Virus record (IMG/VR): IMGVR_UViG_3300037047_000284
Location: 1-40,070 of that record
Length of the DNA stretch: 40,070 nucleotides
Reading direction: 5' to 3' (one strand)
Source: a virus
Lineage: Duplodnaviria > Caudoviricetes
In this document: piece after piece, positions 18,092-28,112 of the stretch
How positions within the stretch are numbered: position 1 is the first letter of the stretch
Layout: every line of letters starts with the position of its first letter
The notes under the pieces: generated by a model
Databases searched by the model: none
What the model was told of the DNA's origin: nothing
What the model saw: the letters and a program-made list of their open reading frames with translations, nothing else
Translations under genes and position numbers: made by a program

Positions 18092-18811
18092 TCAGATGGT
18101 TTGGATGAGGTGGGTGTTGCGTTTGATGGCCGCCGCCAGTTCGTCAAGCTCCCCGCTGCCAGCGTCCTGCATGGCCTTGAGATGCCGGAAGCCATGGCTC
18201 ATGACCATGCGGGCTTCCTTTCGTGACAGCCCAGCGTCCTGCATGAGCTGTTCGAATTCGCGTTCGCTGAAGTCCACGCCGGACTTCACGCCAGTGATGC
18301 GGGCCTTGCCGTTGGCCGGGAAGGTGACCAGGCTGATCTCGACCAGCTCGATCTCGTGCAGCTTGCGCCGCGGCTCGTCGGGCTTGGTGCCGACGGTGAA
18401 TTTCTTGGCGATGTAGCCGATCGACAGCCCGGTGATCGCGGGCCGTGGCTTCATCTTCATGAGGGTGTAGGCCTCGATGCCGCGCTGAATCGGCGCCAGG
18501 ATGCCCTCGTTGTATAGGCCCTTGGCGTCTTCCTTGAGCGTGTCCCACACGCCCACCGGCATCATGTCGGCCGCGGTGATCTGCCAGCCGCCGTGCTGCA
18601 GCAGCATGGACGGGAACTCGCCCGACTTTTCGGCGGCCTTCAGGGTCTTGGCGAAGGCGCCCTGCTCGATCACGTCGCCGTAGCTGTCGGTGTTGCCGAA
18701 GACGGCGCCGTAACCCTTGAACCGCATCTCGCCCGGCTCGCCGCCGTCCTGTTTTTCGTCGATGGCGATTTCGGTCAGTGCGACGCGCTTGCGCTCGATC
18801 GTTTCGGTCAT
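18092..18811 (-). CDS. Prohead protease (HK97 family)
   Basis: FKGYGAVFGN.DSYGD.I..GAF, LLQH, GLSIGY, EISLVTFPAN. Confidence 0.93.
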   Translation of the reverse strand: MTETIERKRVALTEIAIDEKQDGGEPGEMRFKGYGAVFGNTDSYGDVIEQGAFAKTLKAAEKSGEFPSMLLQHGGWQITAADMMPVGVWDTLKEDAKGLYNEGILAPIQRGIEAYTLMKMKPRPAITGLSIGYIAKKFTVGTKPDEPRRKLHEIELVEISLVTFPANGKARITGVKSGVDFSEREFEQLMQDAGLSRKEARMVMSHGFRHLKAMQDAGSGELDELAAAIKRNTHLIQTI

Positions 18812-20067
18812 GCTGCTGCTCCAGATGCCGGCGCGCCGGCGGGGTCGATGGTCATGTTGGTCGGGGTCAGGGGTTCGTCGAGTCCGGCCAGCGGGTTCAG
18901 GTCCAGCTTGCCGCGCGCTTCGTTGCGGGCCATGGTGCCGCCCATGGTGAGGCGGTACAGGTATTCGGCGGTGTCCTTCATGGCGCCGCGCAGCAGGCCG
19001 GCTTCGACCAGCTTGATGTAGTAGCCGGCCTGGCGGTCGGCTGGGCTCAGCAGATTCACCTCGGCCGACTGCTGGATCCGCTCGTACCAAGGCATCAGCG
19101 TGTGCACCACGTGCGCCAGGAACATCTGCTCGGCGCTCGCGTAGGTGGAGGCCTTGTCCGAGTAGCCGGCCATGATCGGCATCACGCGGAAGAAGCGGCA
19201 AATCTCTTCGATCTGGTAGCGCCGGGTCTCCAGGTGCTGGGCGTCCACGCCATTGAGCGACATCGGGAGGAACTTGGCGTTGCGGTCCAGCAGCATCGTG
19301 GTGCCGGCGTTTTCGGCGCCGGCGTTTTCGTCATCGATCCATTTCTTGAGCTGCGCGTGCTGCTCCTTCGTCAGGTTCCCGTCGACGGAGTAGATGCCGC
19401 TGGGCCGGATGCCCTTGGCGTGAAGCGCAGAGTGGCTGTCTTCGGTGGCGATCGCCAGGCCAATGGCCTCGCGCGCCATGTTGAGCACATCCAGGCCACT
19501 GAAACCGTTCCAGCTCGGGCCCCTCAGGTGCCAGATAGATTCCTGCGGAAAGTCCCGGGTGGCGCCCGATTTCGACTGCACCCGGTAGGTGATGCTCCAG
19601 TCCTCGTTCTGGATCGGCGTCACCAAGTCGGGGTTCAGCAGGATCAGCTCGGCGACGCGCGGGCCGCGGGTGCCGACATCGATGACGTTCTTGAACACGA
19701 ACGCGCCGTGGCGGGCCAGCAGCGCGTGCAGCATCATCGTTTCGCGGAACTCGAAGCTGGTCTGGAATCCGTTCGGGGCCCGGTGCAGCAGGTCGTACAG
19801 CGGGTGATCCGATGCCGCCCGGCGCTCGGGGTACACAGACACCGCCGATTCGGTCTCACGCATCACCTTGAACGGCACCTGGGCCACGCCCTCGGACAGC
19901 GCCCGGACACACGAGAACACCACACTCACGCGAAACGCCGCGTCCCGGTTGACCAGCGCGCCCGACTTCGAGCGCACGCCGCCACGCAGGATGGCGCGCA
20001 GGACGTCGGTCAGGCCGTCGCCGGACTGGGCCGACTTCCTGCCTGTGATCCTGCTCCAGAAATTCAT
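18808..20067 (-). CDS. Portal protein (HK97 family)
   Basis: HPLYDLL...PN.FQT, IWHLRG, EICRFFRV.P, NEARGKLDLNP. Confidence 0.95.
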   Translation of the reverse strand: MNFWSRITGRKSAQSGDGLTDVLRAILRGGVRSKSGALVNRDAAFRVSVVFSCVRALSEGVAQVPFKVMRETESAVSVYPERRAASDHPLYDLLHRAPNGFQTSFEFRETMMLHALLARHGAFVFKNVIDVGTRGPRVAELILLNPDLVTPIQNEDWSITYRVQSKSGATRDFPQESIWHLRGPSWNGFSGLDVLNMAREAIGLAIATEDSHSALHAKGIRPSGIYSVDGNLTKEQHAQLKKWIDDENAGAENAGTTMLLDRNAKFLPMSLNGVDAQHLETRRYQIEEICRFFRVMPIMAGYSDKASTYASAEQMFLAHVVHTLMPWYERIQQSAEVNLLSPADRQAGYYIKLVEAGLLRGAMKDTAEYLYRLTMGGTMARNEARGKLDLNPLAGLDEPLTPTNMTIDPAGAPASGAAA

Positions 20068-21782
20068 GCCGTTTCCCAAAATGATTTTTCAGATGTCTGC
20101 ACACCGGCCAATGCCCGGTTCATCGCCACGATGGTGGCAATGGCCGCGTCGATCTTGTTGCTGGCCCGCGCCTTGCGCGGGAACACGTTTTCGTTCCGGT
20201 CTTCCTTGACCTCGACATTGCTCAGCTGCCACACGTAGCATGGGTTGCCGTCGTGCCGGAACTTGCCGCCGTCCACGCGGGCGGCGATCTCTTTCATGGG
20301 CTCGCTCAGGAAGCGCACCTGCTGCGGGATGTCCACCACCTCCATCCCCTCGGCCTGCAGGTTGGCGCCCATCTGGTGGCCACCCCACGGGTCCTTCGCA
20401 AACTCGCGCGCACCGATGGCGCGGGACAGCTCCAGCGCGTCTTCCTGGATCTGCTCCAGGCTGATCATGTTGCCGGGCGTGGCGATCAGGTGGCCGGAGT
20501 TCACCCAGGCCTGGTAGTGCGCGTTCTCGGGTTTCTGCAGCGCGTCTTCGGGCACGTAGTTGCGCGAGAACGCGGCGTATTCCCGCTCATCCCCGTCGCC
20601 CCGCCAGCACAGGGCCACCAGGCTGGCGATGTCCTGCTTGCTGGCCAGGTCGGCGCCGATCACGGCACCGTCCCACGTCTCACCCTCGGGCACCAGGCTG
20701 CTGTCGCCAGCCTTCTGCAGGTTGAACAGGTTGAGCCAGGGCGATGCCGCGGCCACCCACACGTTCAAGTGCTTCGTCTTGAATACGTTCTGTTTGCGCG
20801 GGTCGGACTGCGCATCACGCTGCTGCAGCCTCAAAAACTCGCCATCGACCGACACGCCAAAGTTCGGGTTGGCCTTCAGCAGCGCGGCCTCTGACGTCCA
20901 GTCGTCGCCGTCGTCCATCGTGAACACGATGCCGAAGCGCTGGTCGTTCTCGATCACGCCTTCCAGTATCTTCTGCAACTCGACCTGGTGCAGGTAGCAC
21001 GGGCCCGAGATGTCAGACCCGGCCGTCGTGATCACCAGGATCAGCGGTTGCGACCGTGCGCCCATGCCGGTCTGCATGGTGTCGAACAGCTCGCTGGTCT
21101 TGTGCTCGTGGTACTCATCCACGATCGCACAGCTGGGCGACGCGCCGTCGCCCGGCTTGCCGATCACCGGTTCGAACTTGCTGTTGTTCTCGACGATCGA
21201 GAGGTTGGAGGCGTTGGCCACCACCCCGTAGCGCTGGCAGAACTTCGGCGTGGCCCGCGCCATCAGCAGCGCTGGCCGAAACACCTCCATCGCCTGGTCT
21301 TGCGACGTGGCGCCCGAATACACCTCGGCACCGTACTCGCCATCGGCGGCCAGCATGTACTGCCCGATCACCGCGGCCAGCGTGCTCTTCGCGTTCTTGC
21401 GCGGCACGATCACATCGGCCACCCGGAAGCGGCGCTTGCCGGTGTCCTTGTGCACCCAGCCGAAGATGCTGGCCAGGATGAACACCTGCCAGCGCTCCAG
21501 CTTGATCAGCTGCCCCCGCGCCGCCCAGTCGCCCTTGATGTGGGGCATGAGCTGCGCGAACTTGCACACGCGCTCGGCGGGCTGGTACGCCTTGCCGTCT
21601 TTGTCCTGGAGCTCAGGGTTCCAGACGTAAACCATCGCGCCATTGCGCGACCGCTCCAGGTCCTTCAGGTGTCGCTGGCAGGCGAGCTTGTGCCACTTGC
21701 ACGCGACAACCTTGCCGGCGGCGACGTCCTGGGCATACGCTGTTGCGACATCGCCGAACGAAGCCTCTACAGCGAGTTCCAT
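20064..21782 (-). CDS. terL: Terminase large subunit
   Basis: Walker A-like VPRKNAKST, Walker B IVDEYH, ITTAG, nuclease GADLA and KIDAAIA. Confidence 0.96.
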   Translation of the reverse strand: MELAVEASFGDVATAYAQDVAAGKVVACKWHKLACQRHLKDLERSRNGAMVYVWNPELQDKDGKAYQPAERVCKFAQLMPHIKGDWAARGQLIKLERWQVFILASIFGWVHKDTGKRRFRVADVIVPRKNAKSTLAAVIGQYMLAADGEYGAEVYSGATSQDQAMEVFRPALLMARATPKFCQRYGVVANASNLSIVENNSKFEPVIGKPGDGASPSCAIVDEYHEHKTSELFDTMQTGMGARSQPLILVITTAGSDISGPCYLHQVELQKILEGVIENDQRFGIVFTMDDGDDWTSEAALLKANPNFGVSVDGEFLRLQQRDAQSDPRKQNVFKTKHLNVWVAAASPWLNLFNLQKAGDSSLVPEGETWDGAVIGADLASKQDIASLVALCWRGDGDEREYAAFSRNYVPEDALQKPENAHYQAWVNSGHLIATPGNMISLEQIQEDALELSRAIGAREFAKDPWGGHQMGANLQAEGMEVVDIPQQVRFLSEPMKEIAARVDGGKFRHDGNPCYVWQLSNVEVKEDRNENVFPRKARASNKIDAAIATIVAMNRALAGVQTSEKSFWETA

Positions 21783-22315
21783 TCGTCCTGCGTGCCCTCT
21801 TCGAACAGGCTGGCCTGGCGGTTGTTGCTGGCCGTCACGCTCGACCGGTGCGAAGGCGACAGCCCGAACAGCGCCAGGTAGTCCTTCACCTGCTGCGCGG
21901 CCTGCTTGCCGACCACCCAGTGGTGCGAGTAGGTGAAGTTGCCATTGGCTGTCTTCACCATGATCCCGTCGCCGCCGGTGTACTCAAGGCCAGCGTCTTC
22001 GGCCTGCACGCGCGCCAGCTCGGCCGCCTTCATCGCCCGGCCCAGCATCTGCTCGGCCCAGACCATCTTCGCCCAGGCCTGGCAGTACAACACCAGCGCC
22101 GAGCGGTCCAGCTTGGAGATCAGGCCGTAGCGCTCCAGCTCGGTCGATATCCGCTTCCATTCCTTCTTCGCCTCGGGCCACACCCACGACGGGTAGCTCG
22201 GGATCTCGACCTCGGGCTGAAACTCATCGATGAGCTGAGCCAGCGGCTTTTTGCTCGCGTTGCCGCGCAGCATGTGCACATTGGCGGGCAACGCCTTCGG
22301 TCCACGTTGCCCCAT
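21767..22315 (-). CDS. terS: Terminase small subunit (P27 family)
   Basis: MGQRGPK...LRGN, AKKEWKR, YCQAWA, FGLSPSHR. Confidence 0.9.
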   Translation of the reverse strand: MGQRGPKALPANVHMLRGNASKKPLAQLIDEFQPEVEIPSYPSWVWPEAKKEWKRISTELERYGLISKLDRSALVLYCQAWAKMVWAEQMLGRAMKAAELARVQAEDAGLEYTGGDGIMVKTANGNFTYSHHWVVGKQAAQQVKDYLALFGLSPSHRSSVTASNNRQASLFEEGTQDEWNSL

Positions 22316-22399
22316 GTGGTGTTCTCCAGGTGTGTGATGGCAGCCGTCTGCACGGCGGGTTCAAGGTCAGCACCAGCGAGGTGCAAAACAGCAGCGGCC

Positions 22400-22509
22400 A
22401 GAGGCAGGGGGTACCCCCCCCTCCCCAATACCCCCGCACGAAAAAATTTGACTAACCGGTCGGTTTCCGGGGCGAGGGCTGGGAAGATCTGCACCCCCCC
22501 TACCCTCCA
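22400..22509. other. Probable cos (packaging) region
   Basis: Non-coding gap between HNH and terS with G-runs, GGGGTACCCC palindrome and A-tract, the usual location in HNH/P27 cos phages; exact cut site not determinable. Confidence 0.55.
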
Positions 22510-22872
22510 TCAGTTCCCGCGGCTTCGGGCCTGGGCTCGCAGGCGTTCGGCCAGCGACTTCGCGTTGTGGCAGTCGTCGCACAGCCCTTGCGTGTTCTCA
22601 GGCACGTCAAGCCCGCCCTCTTCAAGCGAACGGATGTGGTCACGCTGCGTTGCCAGCTTGACCAGCCCGAGCTTGCTGCACTCGACACACAGCGGGTTCG
22701 CCGTGAACAGCTCGGCGCGCATGCGTTGCAGCTTGCGGCCGGTGATGCGCTTCGTCGCGGTGGGCTTCTTCACCCAGGCTTCGGACTGGTGGGCCTCACA
22801 GCGGCCAGAGCCATCGCGCACCAGCTTGCCGCAGCCTGGGTGACCGCAGGGCTTGGGGGCAGCAATGGGCAT
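22510..22872 (-). CDS. HNH endonuclease (packaging-associated, HK97 gp74-like)
   Basis: PLCVEC...DHI....GG....N.QGLCDDCHNAKS; adjacent to terS. Confidence 0.92.
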   Translation of the reverse strand: MPIAAPKPCGHPGCGKLVRDGSGRCEAHQSEAWVKKPTATKRITGRKLQRMRAELFTANPLCVECSKLGLVKLATQRDHIRSLEEGGLDVPENTQGLCDDCHNAKSLAERLRAQARSRGN

Positions 22873-22882
22873 GTGATCTTCC

Positions 22883-22920
22883 AAAAAGAAACCCCGCGTG
22901 GGGTCCAGTCACGCGGGGTT
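22883..22920 (-). terminator. Terminator downstream of late promoter (tR'-like)
   Basis: AACCCCGCGTG...CACGCGGGGTT stem followed by TCTTTTT on the minus strand. Confidence 0.75.
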
Positions 22921-22968
22921 GGGCGGTTCGCTTGATGTCAGGTGACACGCTCGCTGCAGCTTGCCTGA

Positions 22969-22996
22969 AATGTGCCAGAAAAGTCTAAGGTGTAAA
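22969..22996 (-). promoter_or_regulatory. Candidate late promoter (pR'-like)
   Basis: TTTACA-N16-CACATT at the end of the Q-like gene, shortly upstream of a terminator. Confidence 0.5.
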
Positions 22997-23395
22997 TTGT
23001 TTTTTGCAGGCCTGTTGCTTCGCCTCCAACGCCTGGGCACGCAGCCGCAGGAAGGTGGCGACATGGTGGTCGGCCTGCTCAAGCCGCGCTTTGACGGTGG
23101 ACTCGGCACAGGCCAGCCGCAGCGCTGCAGCGCGGATGCCCGCGTCCTCCAGGTAGATCAGCACCAGCGTGCGGTGCAGGTGCCCGTGCTCGGTCAATAG
23201 GGCCTGCACCGCGTCGTCGGTCTGCCGGGCCTCCACGTCGTCGACCGGGATGCTGGTCTCGCGGTACCCGCTGCCGTCCACGGCCACGCGCAGGAAGGCC
23301 GACTGCGAATAGAACCCCAGGCCGTGCGACTGCTCGCGCTCCTTCCAGCGCGCCCAGTTGTCCAGCCGATGCTTCACCCATTCAATGCGTGCCAT
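22985..23395 (-). CDS. Late antiterminator Q-like protein
   Basis: RLDNWARW N-terminus, C-terminal sigma-region-4-like HTH; position before late genes. Confidence 0.75.
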   Translation of the reverse strand: MARIEWVKHRLDNWARWKEREQSHGLGFYSQSAFLRVAVDGSGYRETSIPVDDVEARQTDDAVQALLTEHGHLHRTLVLIYLEDAGIRAAALRLACAESTVKARLEQADHHVATFLRLRAQALEAKQQACKKQFTP

Positions 23396-23678
23396 CAGTG
23401 CCCCCTTGCTGCTGCTCAAGCTGCTGCGCCTCAGGCGCCCACATGAGCCAGCCCTTGGTGCCGAACTGGCAGATGAACACAGCCATTTCAGGCATCACAC
23501 CCGGCAGATCGAACGGCGTTCCCACCACCCACCCACGCTCCATCGCATAGAACTTGTTCGGCTGGCCGGCCAAGCCCTGGCGCACGAAGCGGTAGGCTTC
23601 TTTCCCGATCTTGCCGGCCTTGTCCGTGATCGCCTTGTAAGTCTCTGGCATGTGGTCCTTGATCGTTTGAGTGTCCAT
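23382..23678 (-). CDS. Hypothetical protein (98 aa)
   Basis: ORF overlapping Q start; GQPNKFYAMERGWVVGTPF. Confidence 0.65.
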   Translation of the reverse strand: MDTQTIKDHMPETYKAITDKAGKIGKEAYRFVRQGLAGQPNKFYAMERGWVVGTPFDLPGVMPEMAVFICQFGTKGWLMWAPEAQQLEQQQGGTDGTH

Positions 23679-23910
23679 CTGTCCATCTCTTTCTGTAGAA
23701 GGGTTATGAGTGTTGGTGTGCCCGCGCGTACGCGCTCGCTCGCACCCCTGCCGGTGTGGGCCTGCGCCTGCTTCTGTGGTGATGGACACGGCGCCCCGCC
23801 CTGCTCAGGGCTTTGGACAATGCAGCAGCTGCAACCCCCTCCATAGGGCCCTACAGCTGCCATACGCCCTCTATGGGAAACGCTGGCCACTTGGACACTT
23901 GGACACTAGG
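23672..23910. repeat. TGGACA/TGTCCA short direct and inverted repeats, candidate replication origin
   Basis: TGTCCATC x2 (23672-23687), GATGGACAC (23781), TTGGACA (23813), CACTTGGA x2 (23888-23903), mostly in the non-coding gap after the primase-helicase. Confidence 0.5.
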
Positions 23911-24056
23911 GAGCGGCCATCAGCACACGCATCCATGCGCCTGCGCGCTGGCAGGGGCGCTGTGCCCCTGGGCGTTCCGCCGCCCAAACCCGCTTTGGGA
24001 ATGAGCCCAGCACACGGGCGCCATTCAGCGCCGTGTCCTGTGTGTTGAGGGTGGTA

Positions 24057-26687
24057 TCAGAAAGGCGCATCGTCTTCCGCGTATTCCAGTACCCGAGGCC
24101 CCGCGTCCGCAGTGGCCCCATCGGTATCGGTAGCCGGTGTTGGCCACACGGCAGGGCGCACCCAGCCATAAGCCCGCACACCACCCACCTGCTTTTTCTT
24201 GTACTCCCAGCCCTGCTGGTTCATCCAACTGCGGATCTGGCTTTCCAGGCCCGCGGTGCTCTTGCCCGCGTCCACCTCCAGCGCCTTCGCCAGCTGCGAC
24301 AGCGTGACAAAGTCCGTCAGCTCGTTCACCACCGAGTGCATGCCCACATCCTTGGGCGTGCGTGTCAACACCGCCAGCAGCTCGGATGTGACGGCCGTCT
24401 CCACCAGCCGGCTTTCCTGCAGCGGCACGAACAGCCGCTCTTCCTGCTCCATGGTGGGGATGCACGACACGCCCTCCAGGTACAGCTGGTAAGCCTCGGC
24501 AAACAGCTGCTCGCGCATCTTGGCGATCCACGCAATGCGGATCGCATGGCGCACCGGTATCGGCCAGAAGCGCCGGTTGCCCGTGCGGTCGCGCAGGTAG
24601 GTGTTTTCGTTCGTCGTGCCCACCAGCACACACTGGCGCGGGTGTTCCTCGATCACGCGACCATAGGCCGGGCGGTAGCGGTCCACCTTCGAAGAGATGA
24701 ACGCCTTGATCGCGTTGATCTCGCTCTTGCCCATCTGGCTCAGCTCGCCCATCTCGTAGGCCCAGACGCCCTGCACCTGCTCCTGCGATTCCTTGCCCTT
24801 GCCGATCTCGAACGGCGTGTCGCTGTACCAGGCCGAGCTCGCCAGTGTCTCCACCATCGTGCTCTTGCCCAGCCCGCCAGCGCCCTCCAGCACCGGGCAA
24901 TAGTCAAACTTGCTGCCGGGCTCCATCACCCGCATCACCATGCCAACCAGCCAGCAGCGCCCCACGATCGTGAAGTACTCCAGCATGTCGGGCGTCAGCG
25001 TGTCGGGCTTCTCGCCAATGGCGTGCACCAGCCATTTGTCCACCCGCTTCACACCGTCCCACTTGATCCCGCCCAACCACTCCACCACCGGGTGCCACGG
25101 GTTCTCATAGGCCACGGTCTCCATCGCCTCCATCAGCGCCTGGCGCGTGATAGCGGGCGTGCTGAACGTCCGGCTCAGCCAGTTGCCCAACAGCAGGTCA
25201 ATCGCCCCTGTGATCTTGCCCTTGCGGCCGTGGGGGAACGGCCAGTCGGTGCGCGCCTCCATCGTGTTGCTCAGCAAGTTGAAGCCCAGCACGCCCACCA
25301 GCGCCGGCTCATTGCGCAGCGCCATGATCACCGTCTTGCGGCTGATGTTCCAGCGGCACTTGTCCGCGTCCCAGTACGGCTTCAGCCACCAGGGCATGCC
25401 CCCAGCGCCCTCTGCGAACGCGTCAGGCGCAGCACCGGGCAATCTATCGCCCTCAGGGGCACCGGGGCCGTCGATTTTTTTTCCGGCTTCCGGTTTTGGC
25501 TCCGCATCCGAGGGGGCCGCGGGCAGCGCGTAGGCGGTGGCAAAGAACGCCATCACGCGCTCGAAGTCCCAGCCATCCGCCTCAATGGCGTCGGCCGCGT
25601 CCCAGCCGTCAGGCTTCACGCCAGGCGCCTCGATCGGAAGCAGCTGCACTGAGCACCCCTGCGCATCGCGCAACAGCGCCCCAATGCCCAGCATTGCGGC
25701 CATGCCCGGCTGTTTCTCAGCGGGCAGGTACGGCTTTGAATCCTTCAGCGCCTGCAGCGCCGCATCGTCGGCGCACTCGTTGCGCTCCTTCGCAGTGGGC
25801 GCCACACGCTTGCTGTCCGTGTCCGGCCAGGCCAGCACATTGCAGCCCGCCAGCCAGGACCAGTCGGCCTTCTGCCAGGCCTTGCACCCGCCCGGCCAGC
25901 TGGCCACGATGTAGACCCCGGGCGCCCCAGCGTCCAGCAGCGCCTGCAGCACGCGCGCCTTGCGCTCGCCCTCCACCAGCACCACCGTCTGCGCGCTCGG
26001 CAGCTTGAACCCCGGCAGGTACAGCGGCCGGGGTTCGTCAAACTGCTTCCAGTGCCACTTGCAGGCCCCATCGCGGGCAGACAGGCACCAGGTGTAGGGC
26101 AGATCGTCCTTGCCGCCGTCCGAAGTTCGGAACCGCACCACGTAGCCGTGCAGATCATCGCCCACCCGGTACTCGCTCTTGTGCACCAGGTCGGCCAGCT
26201 GGCGGTGCGGGTGCCAGAACGATGGGTCGGGCATGCCGGCCGGCACCGGCCGCACCGTCTTCCAGCCTTCGTCGATGCGCGGGGCCTTCGGCGCTGCCGG
26301 TGGTGGTGTGGGGCGGTCAGGCTTCACGTGCGCTCCACTCGGCTGCACCCCCGCCACATCCTCCAGCCCTTCATCGCGCGCCACCTGCACCGCCGCCTTG
26401 CCCATCGTCAGGCCGTGGATCGCAGCGTACAGGCTCACACAGTCGCCGCCCTTATCATCCGTCGAAAAGTCGGCCCAGGCACCCGTGATCAGGTTCACCG
26501 AGCAGCTGCTGCCCTTGCCACCCGAGAGCGAGCCACAGACCCACTCATGGCCGTTCTTGTGGCCGCCCGGCAGCCAGTCCGGAATCAGCGAGTCAGCGCG
26601 CGCCAGCAGCGCTTCAGCCAGCGCCTGAAACTTGATCGGAGGAAGCGGCGCCCGATCAGACATGCGCACCCCGTGCAAACCCGTCAT
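24057..26687 (-). CDS. Primase-helicase (N-terminal primase/TOPRIM plus VirE/VapE-type P-loop domain); alternative start 26663
   Basis: GAWADFS N-terminal module; VLVEGE...WPD.D TOPRIM; GWDAAD; Walker A GAGGLGKST; YLRDRTGNRRFWP. Confidence 0.88.
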   Translation of the reverse strand: MTGLHGVRMSDRAPLPPIKFQALAEALLARADSLIPDWLPGGHKNGHEWVCGSLSGGKGSSCSVNLITGAWADFSTDDKGGDCVSLYAAIHGLTMGKAAVQVARDEGLEDVAGVQPSGAHVKPDRPTPPPAAPKAPRIDEGWKTVRPVPAGMPDPSFWHPHRQLADLVHKSEYRVGDDLHGYVVRFRTSDGGKDDLPYTWCLSARDGACKWHWKQFDEPRPLYLPGFKLPSAQTVVLVEGERKARVLQALLDAGAPGVYIVASWPGGCKAWQKADWSWLAGCNVLAWPDTDSKRVAPTAKERNECADDAALQALKDSKPYLPAEKQPGMAAMLGIGALLRDAQGCSVQLLPIEAPGVKPDGWDAADAIEADGWDFERVMAFFATAYALPAAPSDAEPKPEAGKKIDGPGAPEGDRLPGAAPDAFAEGAGGMPWWLKPYWDADKCRWNISRKTVIMALRNEPALVGVLGFNLLSNTMEARTDWPFPHGRKGKITGAIDLLLGNWLSRTFSTPAITRQALMEAMETVAYENPWHPVVEWLGGIKWDGVKRVDKWLVHAIGEKPDTLTPDMLEYFTIVGRCWLVGMVMRVMEPGSKFDYCPVLEGAGGLGKSTMVETLASSAWYSDTPFEIGKGKESQEQVQGVWAYEMGELSQMGKSEINAIKAFISSKVDRYRPAYGRVIEEHPRQCVLVGTTNENTYLRDRTGNRRFWPIPVRHAIRIAWIAKMREQLFAEAYQLYLEGVSCIPTMEQEERLFVPLQESRLVETAVTSELLAVLTRTPKDVGMHSVVNELTDFVTLSQLAKALEVDAGKSTAGLESQIRSWMNQQGWEYKKKQVGGVRAYGWVRPAVWPTPATDTDGATADAGPRVLEYAEDDAPF

Positions 26688-26771
26688 TCAGAGCGCAGAG
26701 CGCCCGCCGGAGCCTGCACGCCAGCGCGCCATTTGTTGTTGTTGCCATGGGACCCTTGTATTTCTTGAAAC

Positions 26772-27092
26772 CTACCGTTGCACCCAGGCGCTCAGCACCC
26801 GGGCCAAACCATCGTCAGCAGCCTCTGCGGCATGCGCCTGGTGCTGCACCACGTCGTATTCCGCCACCGGCTTGTTCCGGTAAGCCACCTTGCGCGTGCG
26901 CACGATGCGCAGAGCGTTTCTGCGCTTCAAATTCTTCACCGTGTCCTCCACCGTCTTCGCCCCCAGCTTCACGCCCAGGGGCCCGCTCAGGTGCAGTTCC
27001 AGATCGCGCACAGAGGGCGCCACTTCATCCGTCTTCAACTCCGGAATCGCCGACAAAATCAGCTGGCTCACAGACACCGGCGGCAAGCTCAT
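26772..27092 (-). CDS. Hypothetical protein, possibly winged-helix DNA-binding
   Basis: 106 aa ORF in PR operon; TVKNLKRRNAL motif. Confidence 0.6.
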   Translation of the reverse strand: MSLPPVSVSQLILSAIPELKTDEVAPSVRDLELHLSGPLGVKLGAKTVEDTVKNLKRRNALRIVRTRKVAYRNKPVAEYDVVQHQAHAAEAADDGLARVLSAWVQR

Positions 27093-27198
27093 TCGTCACC
27101 ACCTGTTAAGTGCGCAACCGAACAGACCGACGCGCCACCCTCAACCAGAGTAGCCTCCCCGGTCATGCAGCCGCAGGTTTTTGGAAGCGAAAAGAGGC

Positions 27199-27615
27199 TC
27201 ATGCCGCGGCCTTTCCTTGCAGCAGCTGCCGCATCAGCTTGTTCTCAGCCTCGGCAGTCGCCGCACGCTGCTCAGCCAGCTCGGCGCGGCGCTCAGCCTC
27301 CGTCTTGATCATCACCAGCGTGCAGCCCACCTGGTAGGCCATCCACTCGGCGTACACCGCGTTGCCCACCATCTCGCAGAAGCGGGCCAACAGGTCCGCC
27401 TGCAGCGTTGCCTTGCCCTTCTTGATGTTCGAGAAGTACCCCGCGTCGATACCCAGCGCCAGGTAGATCTCCTTGTCCTCCAGCCCGCTCACGCTGCACG
27501 CCAGAGTGAAAGCCGCCGCCGCTGTGCGCTGCGCCCGCACCGTCTCCATCGGCACCGAAGCCGCCTGCGCCGACCGCGCCAAGGGGAGTTCTGCCTGGTC
27601 TTCAATCGTCGTCAT
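27199..27615 (-). CDS. CII-like transcriptional regulator
   Basis: HTH LEDKEIYLALGIDAGYFSNIKKG, C-terminal coiled coil; downstream of cro. Confidence 0.7.
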   Translation of the reverse strand: MTTIEDQAELPLARSAQAASVPMETVRAQRTAAAAFTLACSVSGLEDKEIYLALGIDAGYFSNIKKGKATLQADLLARFCEMVGNAVYAEWMAYQVGCTLVMIKTEAERRAELAEQRAATAEAENKLMRQLLQGKAAA

Positions 27616-27768
27616 GATTTTTGAACCGAGTTGAGTACCCCTTTGGGGCAAAAAAAACGAGCATTGGAGGCATGAACACCACCAACACTCGCAGCCAGAA
27701 AGGAGGGCCGGTCCAGCCCGATACAGTGGAGGCTCTGACCCCAACTACCGACCGAAAAGGACCGACCC

Positions 27769-28014
27769 ATGAACGAAGATGCACTCGACCAGCTCAGCGG
27801 CCAAATCTCGGCGATCTCATCAACTCTGGCGAGCCTCATGACAACGCTGCCCCCGGCAATGGCGGCAGAGGCTGCGACGCATCTGGAAGCGAACCGCTGC
27901 GTGCTGCTGGAGGAAGACGACATTCAGGAGACGCCGGCAAGTCAATCCGCAACACGAGACCTGCTTCTGACTGGGTACGTAGATCTTCTTCGAGCAGTCG
28001 CGTCACACGGCTGA
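27769..28014 (+). CDS. Hypothetical protein antisense to the PR operon (moron-like)
   Basis: RBS AAAGGA before ATG; 81 aa helical-looking protein. Confidence 0.55.
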   Translation: MNEDALDQLSGQISAISSTLASLMTTLPPAMAAEAATHLEANRCVLLEEDDIQETPASQSATRDLLLTGYVDLLRAVASHG

Positions 28015-28112
28015 TCGAAGACAGCATCCGCCTGGTGGCCTTTCCCACCAGGTCTACCCCGGGTTCTGAACCGCTGATCCGGCCACACATTGCCAGCCGT
28101 GCTCTGGATGAA

